From assembly GCA_951406725.2 (NCBI GenBank), contig OX597821.1, forward strand, positions 38,564,001 to 38,628,000: a stretch of 64,000 bases of DNA, written 5' to 3'. The notes beneath the pieces were generated by a model. That model was not told the origin of the DNA. It searched no databases and worked only from the letters and a program-made list of their open reading frames with translations. A program made the position numbers and the translations under genes. This DNA comes from Octopus vulgaris. Its lineage: Eukaryota. Positions 36,676-52,500 of the stretch are shown here, piece by piece; positions within the stretch are counted from its first letter, which is position 1; each line of letters begins with the position of its first letter.

Positions 36676-37222
36676 GGAGGGAGAGGGTGAGGTGGAAGAG
36701 GGAGGGAGAAGTATATAATATATTTTTTTCAAAAGTTAGAAATATACTAATATGTTGTAAATTTATGCTCTTTATATAATCAAATTGTAAAGGTAAATAG
36801 AATATTAATCTACATTTACCGAATATTAATATAGAGGCAGGCGTGTGGATGTGGTTCTCTCACATATTCATATGTAAAATTGTTATAAAGATGGATAATG
36901 CTGTCAGCTGCGTAGAAACAAGACTCCTAGTTAGAAATAATGTTTTCTTGGGGGGTAGTCATTTGCTAGAGTGTCTGGAGGAGGAAACTAATAAGGAAAA
37001 AATATTTCTCAGACAATTTTCCTCAAGGCTAGAAACATGTTCATTAGTTAAATAAAGTGAGATAGGAAGGTAGTCATAGCAAGAAGAAGCATCGGTAGAT
37101 GATATACAAGAGTTTCTTGAAGCCTGGCTGTCTTTTAACTTTAACAATTTGTCAATGCATGGCTTTGTGTTGTCAGGCAGAAAGAAATATTAATATAATA
37201 CATATATATATATACATATATA

Positions 37223-37531
37223 TGGCAGTGCAATGGCCCAGTGGTTAGGGCAGCGGACTCGCGGTCGTAGGATCGCGGTTTCGATTCCCAGACCAGGCGT
37301 TGTGAGTGTTTATTGAGCGAAAACGCCTAAAGCTCCATGAGGCTCCGGCAGAGGGTGGTGGCGATCCCTACTGTACTCTTTTGCCATAACTTTCTCTCAC
37401 TCTTTCTTCTATTGGCCTGCTTGCTTAGCCAGCGGGGTGGCATCATTTGAAGGCTAAGACAATGCAAAGCGCATTGTGACCAGCGATGTGTAGCAACATC
37501 TGATAGCCTGGTCGGTCATGGTGACGGTGAT
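37223..37531 (+). mobile_element. SINE family A with a third type of 3' tail
   Basis: Head matches 1348-1535; the tail GGCCTGCTTGCTTAGCCAGCGGGG...GGTGACGGTGATA is unrelated to the other copies. Confidence 0.88.
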
Positions 37532-37935
37532 ATACATATATGAATATATCATCATCATCATCATCTTCATTTAATACTGATGTTCCATGCTGGCATGGGT
37601 TGACAGCTTGACAGAATCCAATGTGTCCAGTGTCTCCTTTTACATGGTTTAGGAAGGGCTGGATGCCATTCCTAAAACCAACCACTTTGCAGTGTGTATT
37701 GGGTACATTTTTCATGCCACCAGCGCAAGTGGGGTAACTATGCTGCTCACAAGCATAGAAACCCCATGTGAGGTTATGGTTTGCTTTATGTGAGGGGAGA
37801 AAGGGTTAAAGTATAAGGGAAGGGTGCGGATCGGGTTCTTGTAGAGGATCTGCATGGATGCTCACATTTGGTAGGAGAAGGGCAGGGAGAGACAGAAAAG
37901 AGAAATAATTAGTAGGAATTGAAGAGAGAGAGAGC

Positions 37936-37971
<36 letters not shown>

Positions 37972-38596
37972 GAGAGGATGAGGTAGAAAGGGAGTAGAAA
38001 TGGGTAGGTTGCAAAGGTGTATGGGAAATAGGAGGGGAGGGGATGGGGAGGTAGACAACAACTGTAAAACCTGGGTTGTGTCACCTGGGTTGTGTCACCT
38101 GGGTTGTGTCGAAGGGCAGATGACAGATAAGTCATGAGCTGCAAAAGATAAGAGGATGCAGAAAGGAGTGGGTCAGAGGGGATTTAGTAGGATGTTAAGG
38201 GTCACAGGGGAAGATAAGAGGGAGAGTGAGGACAAAAGAAAGAGAGAAGTGACAGTGTTGAGCGGTCTACTGGAGTAGGGGTGAGAGAGGCAGACATAGT
38301 GCATGATAGGAATTAACTCATAGGGGTTGCTCACAGTAACATGTGGGTGGAAGGGGGAGGAGCATGATATACATAACACTTCCAGAACTGAGGTGAGTGG
38401 GTGCAGGTTTTTCTGGGAGCTCATTTTACTAGACACATTATGCACAATGTAAAGAGGCTGGCATTAGGGAGAGCATCCAACTGTAGGAACCTTGTCAAAG
38501 AGTAGAGAGTGGAAGCCAACACCCCCACCCTCAGGCTAGTCACATTCTTTTGAGCTCGCCAACACATACCAAACATTAAATGATGGTGTTGGTGAC

Positions 38597-38774
38597 GGAA
38601 AAATTCAATTTAGAAATACTAAATCAAATTTCACAAAATAAAATATATATATATATATATATATATAAATATATATAAATTAGAAAAAAAAACACTGTTT
38701 ATGAATTCAAAATGAAAAATTTAATTTACACCTTAATTTTTCATTTTGAATTGATAAAAGGTAGTTTTTTTCTA

Positions 38775-38816
<42 letters not shown>

Positions 38817-39021
38817 TCATCATCATCGTTTAGCGTCCACTTTCCATGCTTGCATGGGTTGGACGGTTAAACTGGGGTCTGGGAAGCCAGAAGTCTGCAT
38901 CCAGCCGTAGAAACATTGCCAGATCAGACTGGGCCTGGTGCAGCCTTCTGGCTTCCCAGACCCCAGTTGAACCGTCCAACCCATGCTAGCATGGAAAGCG
39001 GACGCTAAACGATGATGATGA

Positions 39022-39055
<34 letters not shown>

Positions 39056-39224
39056 TAGGAAAAAACTACCTTTTATCAATTCAAAATGAAAAATTAAGGT
39101 GTAATTTAATTTTTCATTTTGAATTGATAAAAGGTGTTTTTTTCTAATTTATATATATATTTATACATATATATATATTATATTTTGTGAAATTTGATTT
39201 AGCATTTCTAAATTGAATTTTTCC
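38597..39224. repeat. Nested ~630-bp palindrome centred on a folded-back family C tail
   Basis: Arms 38597-38900 and 38938-39224. Each arm contains its own ~100-bp hairpin (about 38679-38778 and 39052-39150) and (TA)n tracts. Confidence 0.93.
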
Positions 39225-39656
39225 CTGTAAGTTTGGAAAAATATTCCCTCATATTATTATTATTATATATATATATGTGTGTGTGTGTGTATACATGAGT
39301 GGGTGCTGAAACGTTCTTGGCTTAGGGTAAACGAAAACACAGGAGGATCAGTTATGATTTTATTCAACGTATTTCTCTCACTTTTATACATATACATACA
39401 TATATAGAGAGAGAACGAAATAAGCAGAGCAAAAGCACACACGAAGACGGAAAGTGTCTCTAAGGAGGTCACAGATGTTTGAAGAAAGATTTCCAGTCAA
39501 TGGACACAAGTTAGATGAAGAACAGTAATAAAAAAGTGAAGAACGAATATACAGTGCATGTGTTAATTCGGCAAAAAACCAATACAATATCTGTTTCAAT
39601 ACACAACTTCACATCAGGAATCTTGCAACAAAAATTCATAAGCATATATATATATA

Positions 39657-39694
<38 letters not shown>

Positions 39695-39700
<6 letters not shown>

Positions 39701-39907
39701 GGTCCGAAAGTCTTGTCACTCCCTACCAAAAAATAATAAGAACAATAGAGGAACAATATAATAATACAAAGCACATGTCCTGGTCTTAGTATATTCACTT
39801 CCATTCACACTGACACCGTCACACACCAGGAAGGTCTGTATGAACACCATCATTTTTGTTTGAATTACATTTCAGTAGGGGGTAACAAGACTTTTTCAAC
39901 CACCCTG
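39695..39907. mobile_element. Tc1/mariner-type MITE
   Basis: TA|TAGGGTGGTCCGAAAGTCTTGTCAC...GTAACAAGACTTTTTCAACCACCCTG|TA. Confidence 0.78.
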
Positions 39908-40064
39908 TATGTATATATATGTAATTTCACAAAATCTTATGTAACATGAGGTGATAAGGTAACTTGTTACTCAATTCAACAATGACTATATTAGTTGAAT
40001 TCTACTTCCATTTACTCACCTGTACACACACACACACACACATTATATATATACATATATATAC

Positions 40065-40115
<51 letters not shown>

Positions 40116-40249
40116 TGTATGTATGTATGTATGTATTATATAAATATTATATATATATGTATGTATTTGGCGAGTGCGCCATCTACACAGACATTACTAT
40201 CTCCTTTTGGCTCCACTTTGGCAATGGCATTACTGACTTTTCATCCATA

Positions 40250-40538
40250 AGGTTGTTGCCAGTGCCGCTGGACTGAGACCTGTGCAGGTGGCACATAAAA
40301 AGCACCATTTGAGCATGGCCATTGCTAGTACCGCCTGACTGGCCCTTATGCCAGTGGCACTTAAAAGCACCCACTACACTCTCAGAGTGGTTGGCATTAG
40401 GAAGGGCATCCAGCTGTAGAAACTCTGCCAGATCAGATTGGAGTCTGGTGCAGCCATCTGGTTCGCCAGTGCTCAGTCAAATCGTCCAACCCATGCTATC
40501 ATGGAAAGCGGATGTTAAACAATGATGATGATGATGAT
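40250..40538 (+). mobile_element. Family C (GAT)n-tailed retroposon
   Basis: Homologous to 13125-13410, with two internal units. Confidence 0.85.
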
Positions 40539-41052
40539 AACCTCTCAGGTGACTATTCGGTCCTACTGCATATCTCCATGGCTGTGTGCTTTCAACTAGT
40601 TAAGTCTACCTGTGTCGGCCCTTTCAGTTGATGGAATGACAAATGAAGTCATCAAAAAGAGATGTCTGAACATCATTAGATTATAGTGATAAACACTTGT
40701 ACAAAATGAGTACCATTCTCTTAGTCTCTGTGATTAGTACCTCATGACAGGCCAAAGCAAGGTGACTAGTAATCATGTGAAATTGCAATTTACATCTAAG
40801 TGTCCCTCCTTAGAAGGATGAGTGACAACAACACCAAGGGATCCCTCACTGCTGTTGGTTTAAATTAGATGGTCAATGACTCTCCTGAGTTCATCGGCCC
40901 TTTGATAGGTCTTGTTTTTCATCCTGTAGGGTGTCCAAAAACCACCCTACATGCAAAGCAGACTTTGTAGGGTTGCTGGTTTGGTTGCTGATGACCTGAT
41001 CATGTGACAGGTTCTATTGGGTTGCATGTTACCAATAGTAGTCAAGAGTGAC

Positions 41053-41125
<73 letters not shown>

Positions 41126-41919
41126 ATATATATTAATTGTATTCATGTGACACATGATTTAAATTAAGAGCCTATATTAAAAGAAAGTGAAAATATTCAC
41201 ATTATGGTAGTCATATTCTTCATTTAAAACACATATAAAGCTATATTTATTTATGTTCCATTATTTCAATAAATACTATGAAGGTCTTTCACTCCAACCT
41301 GGTCACTAACACCACTTTCCTTTACTGCATCTGATGGAAATCAGCTATTGGCTATTTCTTATAAATTGTAGAGACATTTTCTCTTTCCTCCCTGCTTCTT
41401 GTTTCAGCTCTCACCATACATTTGTTGACCTCTCCTCATCTAACTCAGTCCTTCCCAACCTCATTCACTTTTGTCTTGTAAAATTTTATTAGGCCATCTT
41501 AATTTCTAGTTTAACTGTCTGGATCATTTATGCCTGGAGATACCATCCATCTTCTTTTATAGACCTTCATACAATAAGTACACATGTACAATGCAATAAA
41601 GTGCATATAAAGTGTGCTTTATTGCATTACATGCAATAAAGTGCAAAGGCTATAAACTGGCTTTCAGGGTATATTAAACACAGGAGCTTGCGTTAAAACA
41701 GACTGAAGATTATGAAGTTAATTATTGCCACCCTGGACCCTTTTACGCACCAAATAATAGTGTAACCTACATGGGGAAAAATAATTTACTAGATGTTATA
41801 TTCCATACCAGTACCCATATGGCAGTGTACAACATCTAAATATGTATCTTTTCTGTCTCAGACCAGAGAAAAATCATTGATTTCTCAGTCTCTAATGCTG
41901 AAAAGGATTTCCTAACAAG

Positions 41920-42350
41920 GTGCAGGGATGGTTGTGGGATTAAGCTGTTTGCTCTCCAAGCACATGGTTTTAGTTTAGTGCTAGTATGGACAAGAGTCTT
42001 CTACTATAGCTCTCATCATCATCATCATCATTTAACGTCCGTTTTCTATGCTGACATGGGTTGACAGTTTGACTGAAAACTGGTAAGCCAAGGGGCTACA
42101 CCAGGTTCCAATCTGATTTGACAAAGTTTCTATGGCTGGATGCCCTTCCTAATGCCAACCACTTCAAGAGTGTAGCGGGTGCTTTTTATGTTCCACTGGC
42201 ATGGATGCCAGTTATGTAACACCAGCATGACTACAATCTTACTTGGCTTGACAAGTCTTCTCAAGCATGGTATATCACCGAAAGCCTTGGTTACAGCAAA
42301 ACCTTGTGAAAGAATTTAGCAGATGGAAACTGAAAGAAGCTTGTCTCTTT
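41920..42350. mobile_element. SINE family B (+) interrupted by a family C copy (-, about 42013-42270)
   Basis: B head ends ...TCTTCTACTATAGC, then (CAT)n-TTAACGTCCG..., then B resumes ACCTTGTGAAAGAATTTAGCAGATGGAAACTGAAAGAAGC. Confidence 0.7.
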
Positions 42351-42352
42351 CT

Positions 42353-42404
<52 letters not shown>

Positions 42405-43112
42405 AACACATCATCATCATCATCATCATTATCATTTAAAGTTTGTTTTGGGTTGGACAGTTAGTCAAGGAACTGATGAGCTGAATGTCTGTACCAACCT
42501 CTAGCATCTGCTTTGCCATGCTTCCTCAGGCTGGATGCTCTTCCTAACACCAACCACTTCACAAACATATACAGATATATGTATGTTTGTATATGAGTAC
42601 ATATGTGTATGTGTGTATGTGCATGCACATGTGCGTGTATGTGTGCACACATGTGTGTGTGTGTGTTTCTGTCACAGTGCCCCATGAAAATTAATAGAGG
42701 AGACTGCTTTCTAGTCGTCTGTGAGTTTAGGTTAATTGTTGTTATTATGAGCAAGCATTTGTTGCTAGATAATTAGATTCTGAGCAGTTAGTTGAGGAAG
42801 GCCATATTTTTAAAGTTCTTGGCTGTTTATAACCTTGAGCTTCTCAAGGATGTCTGCATTCTCAATTTTGTCAATGTTACTTATTCCCATATGAGGTTGC
42901 CTTTGTTGAAATGGTTGCTTGAAATCCTTGACAAGGTCACTCCTACACTTGAGCTGAAGCTGAAATAGATTAGAAGGGTTCTCATCCGTTTAACAGCATA
43001 AGGAAACGAATGCTAACACCCTTGGCTACTCAAGGTACATAGGCTTCTGATTATGTTCTATCAGACATCATTTTATGGCAATACAAGCATAAAGTTTGTT
43101 GCTCTGTCTCTG

Positions 43113-43590
43113 ACTGGCATCTGTGCTAGTGGAGCGCTAAGAGTCCCATACGAGTGAGATCGTTGCCAGAGCAAGCTGGCCTCTGTGCCGATGGCATATT
43201 AAAAACACCATTCGAGCATGATCGTTACCTGTGTCGCCTTACTAGCACTTGTGCTGGTGGCACGTGAAAAAACATTTGAGCGAGGTCGTTGCCAGTACCG
43301 CTGGACTGGCTCCTGTGCAGGTGACACATAAAAAGCACCATTTGAGCATGGCGGTTGCCAGTACCATCTAACTGGCCCTTATGCCGGTGGCATGTAAAAA
43401 GCACCCACTATACTCTTGGAGTGGTTGGCATTAGGAAGGGCATCCAGCTGTAGAAACTCTCTCAGATCAGATTGGAGTCTGGTGCAGCCATCTGGTTCGC
43501 TAGACCTCAGTCAAATCCTCCAACCCATGCTATCATGGAAAGCGGATATTAAAAGATGATGATGATGATGATAATGATGATGATGATGAT
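43113..43590 (+). mobile_element. Family C retroposon, longer copy with several internal tandem units
   Basis: Repeated GTGCC(G/T)GTGGCA(C/T)GT(A/G)AAAA units, then the conserved tail and (GAT)n. Confidence 0.85.
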
Positions 43591-44335
43591 TCAAAGGCCT
43601 TAAAATGAAATTGAACCTCCTACTTTATGGTTAGGAGCCATAGAATTAAACATCCATGTTGAATGGCATAAGCTGCCTAAACTTTCTGCCTGTGATACTA
43701 TCAAGATTTTTGTCAAGCTAGCACTCAGCAGTGGGGGTAGCTTGCATTCTACATTTCCATTGATTGTTGTTGCTTCATGTTTAGTAGGACAAAATCTGAC
43801 TGTAAGCAATGTTTTATAAAGGGTCAGACTAGTACATCTTTAAAAAGCACTGTAGGCATTGTATCTCTTTGACTTTGTGTTTCTTGTGCAGTAGTTGCTT
43901 AAGTAAAGAAAACTCATTGACTATTTTCCAGTTGGACAGCAAGTTTGTTGTATTCTGGGGCATCTTAATAAATAGGAACCACACCACACATAAACTCACA
44001 TATACTAACATATGTTTATTTGGGATGTAGTGCTTATTATTGGCCTCCTAAAACAAACCACCCATCAAAGCTCATAAGCAATTAACCCCAAGCCTTTTCA
44101 AATAACAAATGCACACTGTTTAAGCAACAACATCATTGCATTTTATTGAAATTTTCTTCCAAATATTTTCACATCTTGCCACTTATAGTTTCGTTACATT
44201 TTTACATGCTTATGTTTATGTTAGTGTTTGTACCTTTTATTTTGTACTTTACTTTTAAATTATTTGTTTCAACTCCCTCTCTTTTCTTGCTTTTGCTCTC
44301 CTCCTCCTTAAATGCATTTACTATGTACATAGCAA

Positions 44336-45850
<1,515 letters not shown>

Positions 45851-46434
45851 TCTAGTGGTATATCTCCAAATAAGATACTTTGGTGCCGCCTTACACAGAT
45901 TTAGTCTTGTGGGCTGTCTGATTCTGTAACGAGATGTAGGATTAAATTTTTCAAATGCATTGATATGATATCCAGCCCCAGATTGTCAATCAGTCCCATA
46001 ATCAATTTTTCCAGTGTATATTGATAGGTTATAGACGAATGTTTCCTTTTTAATGAACTTCTTCCATGACATTTCAAACCTTTCACCAATGCTCAAACTC
46101 CTGTTTCCAATTTAAATTTCATTAATGCTTCTACATGATTCCACCATTAACTTATCCAACATGACAAATTTATATTCTTGCTGTCATTGATATTTAGTTG
46201 TTTTTGCTAACATTACAATTAATGCTGTCACAGTAACACACCAGTTTAAGTATTTGGTCATCAGTAATGGAGAGATTGGTTAAAAAAAACCAAACTTGCT
46301 ACCTTCAATTTGGTTTCCATGCCTGTCATACCCTATAGTTATAAATGTTGGCTACTGGCTGAAAAAGTATGATTGTGAATATAAGCTTCAAATAGCTTTT
46401 TGAATATAAGCTTCAAGTAGCTGCCACTCTGCAT

Positions 46435-46710
46435 TGAGAGGTTACGGTACCAGTACTATGGACATGAGATTAGGATGCCACAGGAATGAATCCCAAGACA
46501 GATTCTTCAAACAGCCAACTGGCAGGAGACTCAGGGGCAGATCCGCAATAAGATGGTTGAATAATATCCACAGTCTCAGTTGGCCATAAATGGCAATCTA
46601 GCAGGAAAAGTATAATGTTGGTTCTTTCTGATAGGACCCTATGGGAGAAGTTCCTATGGACTCAATGCCATGACCCTCCCAGATATAGTAGGCTATGAAG
46701 ATGGATGGAA
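46435..46710 (+). mobile_element. RTE-type LINE 3' fragment
   Basis: ERLRYQYYGHEIRMPQE*IPRQIL...PTGRRLRGRSAIRWLNNI matches the RTE C-terminal motif GH..RM...R.P......G.R.RGRP..RW. Confidence 0.7.
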
Positions 46711-47603
46711 AATTGTGTCTCCATATGACTTAGCCAAAGGACAGGACATATAAACGATGGATGTATGATGTAAGGAAACAGTCTCTAAGACAAGCAGTGG
46801 TAACCTGTGTTGGCAAAATTTATGTAGTTCATGAGTTTGGATGGATTCTTAGACCATCAGGAGGAGAGGAATGACATGTTTCCAAACTGACCAAAAGGCT
46901 TTCATGAGAAGGGAAATGTTTCAGTAAGCTCATTGGCTGATTCGACAAACCTATTTATTTCAGTGGCCTTTATATTTAAATTAGTTTGTTGTTCAGGGTT
47001 TTCATATCCATCAACATTACAGTATTACACCTTTGAATATTGTACAATGCAACATATTTTATTTTTTTAACCTATACTTATCTGTGACTCATCTGAGTAG
47101 GAAACTTATGGTTTAAAGAAAATAAACAAAATATGAACCAAAAGAAATAACTCAGACTGGCCAGTGGTGAGAATATAAACAAAGAAAAAGACAGGAGATA
47201 CCTGTGCTTTTCATTTTGACCTCCAGAGGATGTATTGCAATTAGCAAATGGCCATTGAAAACAGCTTCATCTGAGCAAGGGCAGATAAATCTCAAGACTC
47301 ACAACAATCCACCTGACAGTTTTACAAATGTAAGCCCTTCATGTATATAAGTAAATATTGTGAAAAACAAAATGCTGTGAAGGTAGCATTAGATCTTCTT
47401 TGATGCGTTAATGTATGGCTGATATAATCATAGAAATAGAATTCCCTCGTAGGTAATAATCTGCATTGAGAACAACACATGGAGTAAGTATAATCTAGTT
47501 TAATCCTAACATAAAGTACAAATGTTAAAATAAGGATTACAAGAAACATTTTAGCACTGTCTATCAATCATTTCCTGAAGTACTTTCGCTTGCAGCAACA
47601 ATG

Positions 47604-47684
<81 letters not shown>

Positions 47685-47693
47685 TTATCTATG

Positions 47694-47750
<57 letters not shown>

Positions 47751-47834
47751 GTCTGGTCTATCTGTCTATCTATCTTATCTATCTATCTATCTATCTATCT
47801 CTATCTATTTATCTATCTTATCTATCTATCTATC

Positions 47835-47900
<66 letters not shown>

Positions 47901-48079
47901 CTCTCTCTTCCTCTCTCTCTCTCTCTATATATATATATACATATATATACAGAGAGAGAGAGGGGAGAATGACTCTCCCCAGACACACACACACACATTT
48001 ATATATATATATAGACAACAAAATATGCTTCAACACACAAACTCACATAAAAGAATCTTGCAAACCAAATCCCAAAATG

Positions 48080-48115
<36 letters not shown>

Positions 48116-48119
<4 letters not shown>

Positions 48120-48490
48120 TACTTGTTTCAGTAATTAGATTGTGGCCATGCTGGGGCACTGCCCTGAAGAATTTTTGGTCAAATAAATTGACCCAGTACT
48201 TATTTTCTGTTAAGCCTGATACTTATTCTATCAGTCTCCTTTTGTCAGACCACTCAGTCATGGGGATATAAACGCACAAACACCAGTTGTCAAGTGACAG
48301 TGGTGGACAAACAGAATACAAACACACACACTCATACACACACTCATACACACACACACATGTAAGATAGGCTTCTTTCAGTTTTCGTCTACCAAATCCA
48401 CTCACAAGGCTCTGGTCAACCTGAGGCCATATTAGGTGACACTTGCCCAAGGTGTCACACACTGGGACTGAACCTAGAACCATGTGGTTG
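48116..48490 (-). mobile_element. SINE family B, near full length
   Basis: Reverse complement of 49165-49520, including the internal (CA)n and tail. Confidence 0.85.
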
Positions 48491-48538
48491 AGTTTCGCAT
48501 ATTATTTCTAGGAGACTTATATATATGTTATATATATA

Positions 48539-48770
48539 AAGGCGGCGAGCTGGCAGAAACGTTAGCACGCTGGGCAAAGTGCTTTGCGGTATTTCGCCTG
48601 TCGCTACATTCTGAGTTCAAATTCCGCCGAGGTTGACTTTGCCTTTCATCCTTTCTGGGTCGATAAATTAAGTACCAGTTATGTACTGGGGTCGATGTAA
48701 TTGACTTAATCTGTTTGTCTGTCCTTGTTTGTCCCCTCTGTGTTTAGCCCCTTGTGGGTAATAAAGAAAC
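48539..48770 (+). mobile_element. SINE family D
   Basis: GGCGGCGAGCTGGCAGAAACG head, B box GAGTTCAAATTCC, TSD AT(A/G)TATGTTATATATATA. Confidence 0.9.
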
Positions 48771-49137
48771 ATGTATGTTATATATATATATTTACATTCA
48801 CACACACACACATACACATACAGACATATATAACACATACTTATACACACACACATACACACACACATACATATGTATAGTTTACAGTTCCATTGTAGGT
48901 AGGATCAACAAAAAAAAAAGTGCTCCATCCAGTGAGGGATAAATATCATTTAATGTACACAACTACAAAGGAGCTACAAATAGTTTCATGCTTTAAAATA
49001 TATTAAATTGGCAGATTTACATGGCATGCCATGTATCTCCATGTAGTCTTTCACAAACCGCCCTAGATACATATCTTCGCAACAAGAAATGGTTGGTAGC
49101 TCTTACCTGTATAATGTGTCCATTAAATGTTATATAT

Positions 49138-49527
49138 AGGCACGGAAGTGGCTTTGTGGTAAGTAGCTAGCTTACCATCCACATGGTTCTGGGTTCAGTC
49201 CCACTCCATGGCACCTTGAACAAGTGTCTTCTGCTATAGCCTCGGGCTGACCAAAGCTTTGTGAGTGGATTTAGTAGACGGAAACTGAAAGATGCCCATC
49301 ATATATATGTATATATATATGTGTGTGTGTGTGTGTTTCTGTGTCTGTGTTTGTCCCCCCCCCACATCACTTGACATCTGATGCTGGTGTGTTTATGTCC
49401 CCATAACTTAGCAATTCGGCAAAAAGAGACCAATAGAATAAGTACTGAGTTCGATTTGCTTGACTAAAAGGTGGTGCTCCAGCGTGGCTACAATCAAATG
49501 ACTGAAACAAGTAAAAGAATAAAAGAA
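49138..49527 (+). mobile_element. tRNA-derived SINE family B, full length
   Basis: A box TGGCTTTGTGG, B box GGTTCAGTCCC, CORE-like CACCTTGAACAAGTG, internal (TA)/(TG), tail ACAAGTAAAAGAATAAAAGAAT. Confidence 0.88.
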
Positions 49528-52500
49528 TATGTGTAAAGGCACATACATATTCTTGGTGGTCTCTCAGAGAATGATGATGCCACATATTTTTGCTGAACGA
49601 CTCGCACAGATGCAAAGATGATTTATTTCGAATGATCAAATGTTTCTCTCTCCATCGAATCAACATTATTTGTATCGGTGTACAGTATGGCACATATCAG
49701 ATGTGAAAAAGATTGCAAAGCAATGTGAAATAAAGTATTTCGCTTAAGAATGCAATGCATCACGTGGTGTAGAAGAAATTGAAACCATGAACTCATACTC
49801 ATGTGTGCATCACTTTTACCAGTAGGCCGAGCTCCTATACACACATACATTTCTACAAATACAAACACACATGCACACACAAGCACACACACATATACAC
49901 ACACTCACGCATGTGTCTATGAGCAACTTTGAATATTTATCTTGTCACTGCCAGAATAGAAAGAAATATGCAATTACCCCTCCCATCCCCATAAAAATGG
50001 AAGGAAGGAAAAATTTGAGAATTATATTATTCTGTTCTTCCTCACCATGATAACATTTAACATTTGAATTAAAGCTGTTTTTCGTATATAACATATTTCT
50101 CTGTATCAGTAAATATTCTTTCTACATCATTTTTTTTTTTAATAATATCATATTTATTTTATCGTGAAGTATCTATTTCTTATGATAGTATCAATAACAA
50201 GCTCCCCTCCTCTTCACCAATGTTCAGTCACCAGGTGATATCTCCTGTGCAATAGGAAATAAATTAAATATAATTTATGTCTATTGTTGTCAAAATTCAA
50301 TGGCAGAAATGTGTGGTTTGGAGATAATATTTCTTCTCTAGTATATTTTGTTGCTTACTGAGTCTCATATTACTCTGCCTTCTTTTCCCATTAAACATTC
50401 TGCAGCAGCGCCACCTAGCAAACATTACACAGCCTGCTTTTTCTTATTAGACATTTTTTACATTAAACACTGCACAACTTTAGCGAATTTCACCAAGCCT
50501 TACCCATCCTTTTTGATATAAACTCACCTGAAACTGCTTCTGGTTCTGTGATACAAACTTTCTGTTTTAAAATGAGTTCAATGAAGACCTTCAATCACAA
50601 TTTCATGTTAAAGAAAAGTCCCATCTGGATCTGGTCAAGATGGAATAAAAATGCGAATTCCATGGTTGTAATTTACCCTAGAGTCAACTGGGGTCTTAGA
50701 CTGAACCAGTTACAACACTCAAGGAGCCTTGGCTCTTGGGCATCTTAAAAGGGTTTCAATGCAAAGAGCAGCACAAAATGTGACAGCAGAGGGATGTCCA
50801 GGAGTTATGGTCTGGATATAGCCTGAATTCCCTAGAGTATCAAGGGTTAAGGGCCAAAACATATGCAATTGAAACAAAGAATGTGTATTTTAACAGAAAT
50901 ACTGTACCAAAAGGTTTAACCATTCTTATCAAACACTACACTGCCTTTCGTGGGAACTTTATGTATCAGGCATTACACTAAATTCTTTGTTTTCACCAAA
51001 CTTACCCTCAAACCTCACATATTAGAAATATGCATTACTTTTGCCATCAATTTTTACTTGTCTCTTCCATACAAGCATCACACAGTTCTTCCCACTGTTG
51101 TACTCTACTTTAGATACGATATCATTTTACCGTTTTTCAAATGAACTACCATATGTAACCTTAAAAAGTAAATTATAGTATTTTATCTTTTTATCATTTT
51201 AAGTAAACATTAAAAGTGATCGTTTTTGTTTTTTGTACATTAAACATTGTTTTGCCTGAACAATTATGGTAATTCGTGTCTTGAAATGTTCCGCTGTTCA
51301 TCGCATCAAACACTTCACTAATCTACTCCATGAAAATTCATTTGTTCATCCCATTTAACATCAGCCATTACTTACAGAGCTTCACTCAAAATGGTGCAGC
51401 TTCCCACTGAATAATAAGTTTGTCACATCAAACACTATTTCCTAACAACCATTAAACAGCGTTCCCCTTGAAATACTTCATAGTTCTTAACAGCAAACAC
51501 AACAACAGTTCTTCACATTAAACTCCTTATATTAAACATAACATCATTTTGCTCTTTTCAATTGCACTTGTTTTATTATTCCCCTACTAACACTATTTGA
51601 CCCTTTTAGTTTATCTTGGGATCAAGAATTTAAGAATGTTAATCACATGACCTTGTCTAAGTGAATAAGATCAATTCATGTAGTTGAGTCAACATCCAAT
51701 CAAATTGCTTTTCATTCCTACTACTACTCTCTCTCTCCCAAGGAACACAAACCACAGAGAGAACCTCTACAACAACAACAACAATAACAACAACACCTTT
51801 GGCACATATTATAAAGAGACATGCAGCACTTTCTTTCATTCCTTACTCTCAAACTTAAGTGTTCTTTCATTGATGACACAATTCAAATCAAATCCTGTAC
51901 TTTGTTTCTTTGATGTTCATTTGTTTATAACTAATTAGAAGGTAATTAATCTCTCTTGCTTGATGATATTTGATAATAAAGAAAGTGCAACCAGTCTTTA
52001 TTTAACATCGTTTAGAAATATTAATAGAACATCTCTGCTCAATTACCAGACATAACTATATGGTCAACTGTATGTGGTCAAGCCATGGCTGCATGGCCAA
52101 GATATTGGCTTCACAACTATGTGGTTCTGGATTTGATACTTTGCTTTGACAAGTGACTTTCTGAGAGGAATTTAGTTGATGGAAAGCTATTTTCCTCATC
52201 ACTTTCACCAGTTTGATTGTCTTAATCACTCTCATTGCCAGTGTAATGCTAAACTCCTCATCCAAAAAAATAAATATCATTAACAATTTTCTCAATTATA
52301 AATCTTGGCCTTGCTCTTTTACCAGACAAAGTGCTGGGTTCATCACACACTCATCTCATGACAAAAGTCCAGGTATTTTTTTAAAATCAAAAACAAAAGT
52401 AAACAACAGCCATGAGAAACACCATTAACAACGAGTCTTAAACACACTTGACTACAAAGCTCCAATGGATCGGTTGTCTATTTTCAGTATTTCATCTTTT

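Noticed and set aside
38069-38110. Three copies of the 14-mer ACCTGGGTTGTGTC; also tandem duplications at 23929-23990 and 46377-46421
   Set aside because: Ordinary slippage duplications with no supporting context.
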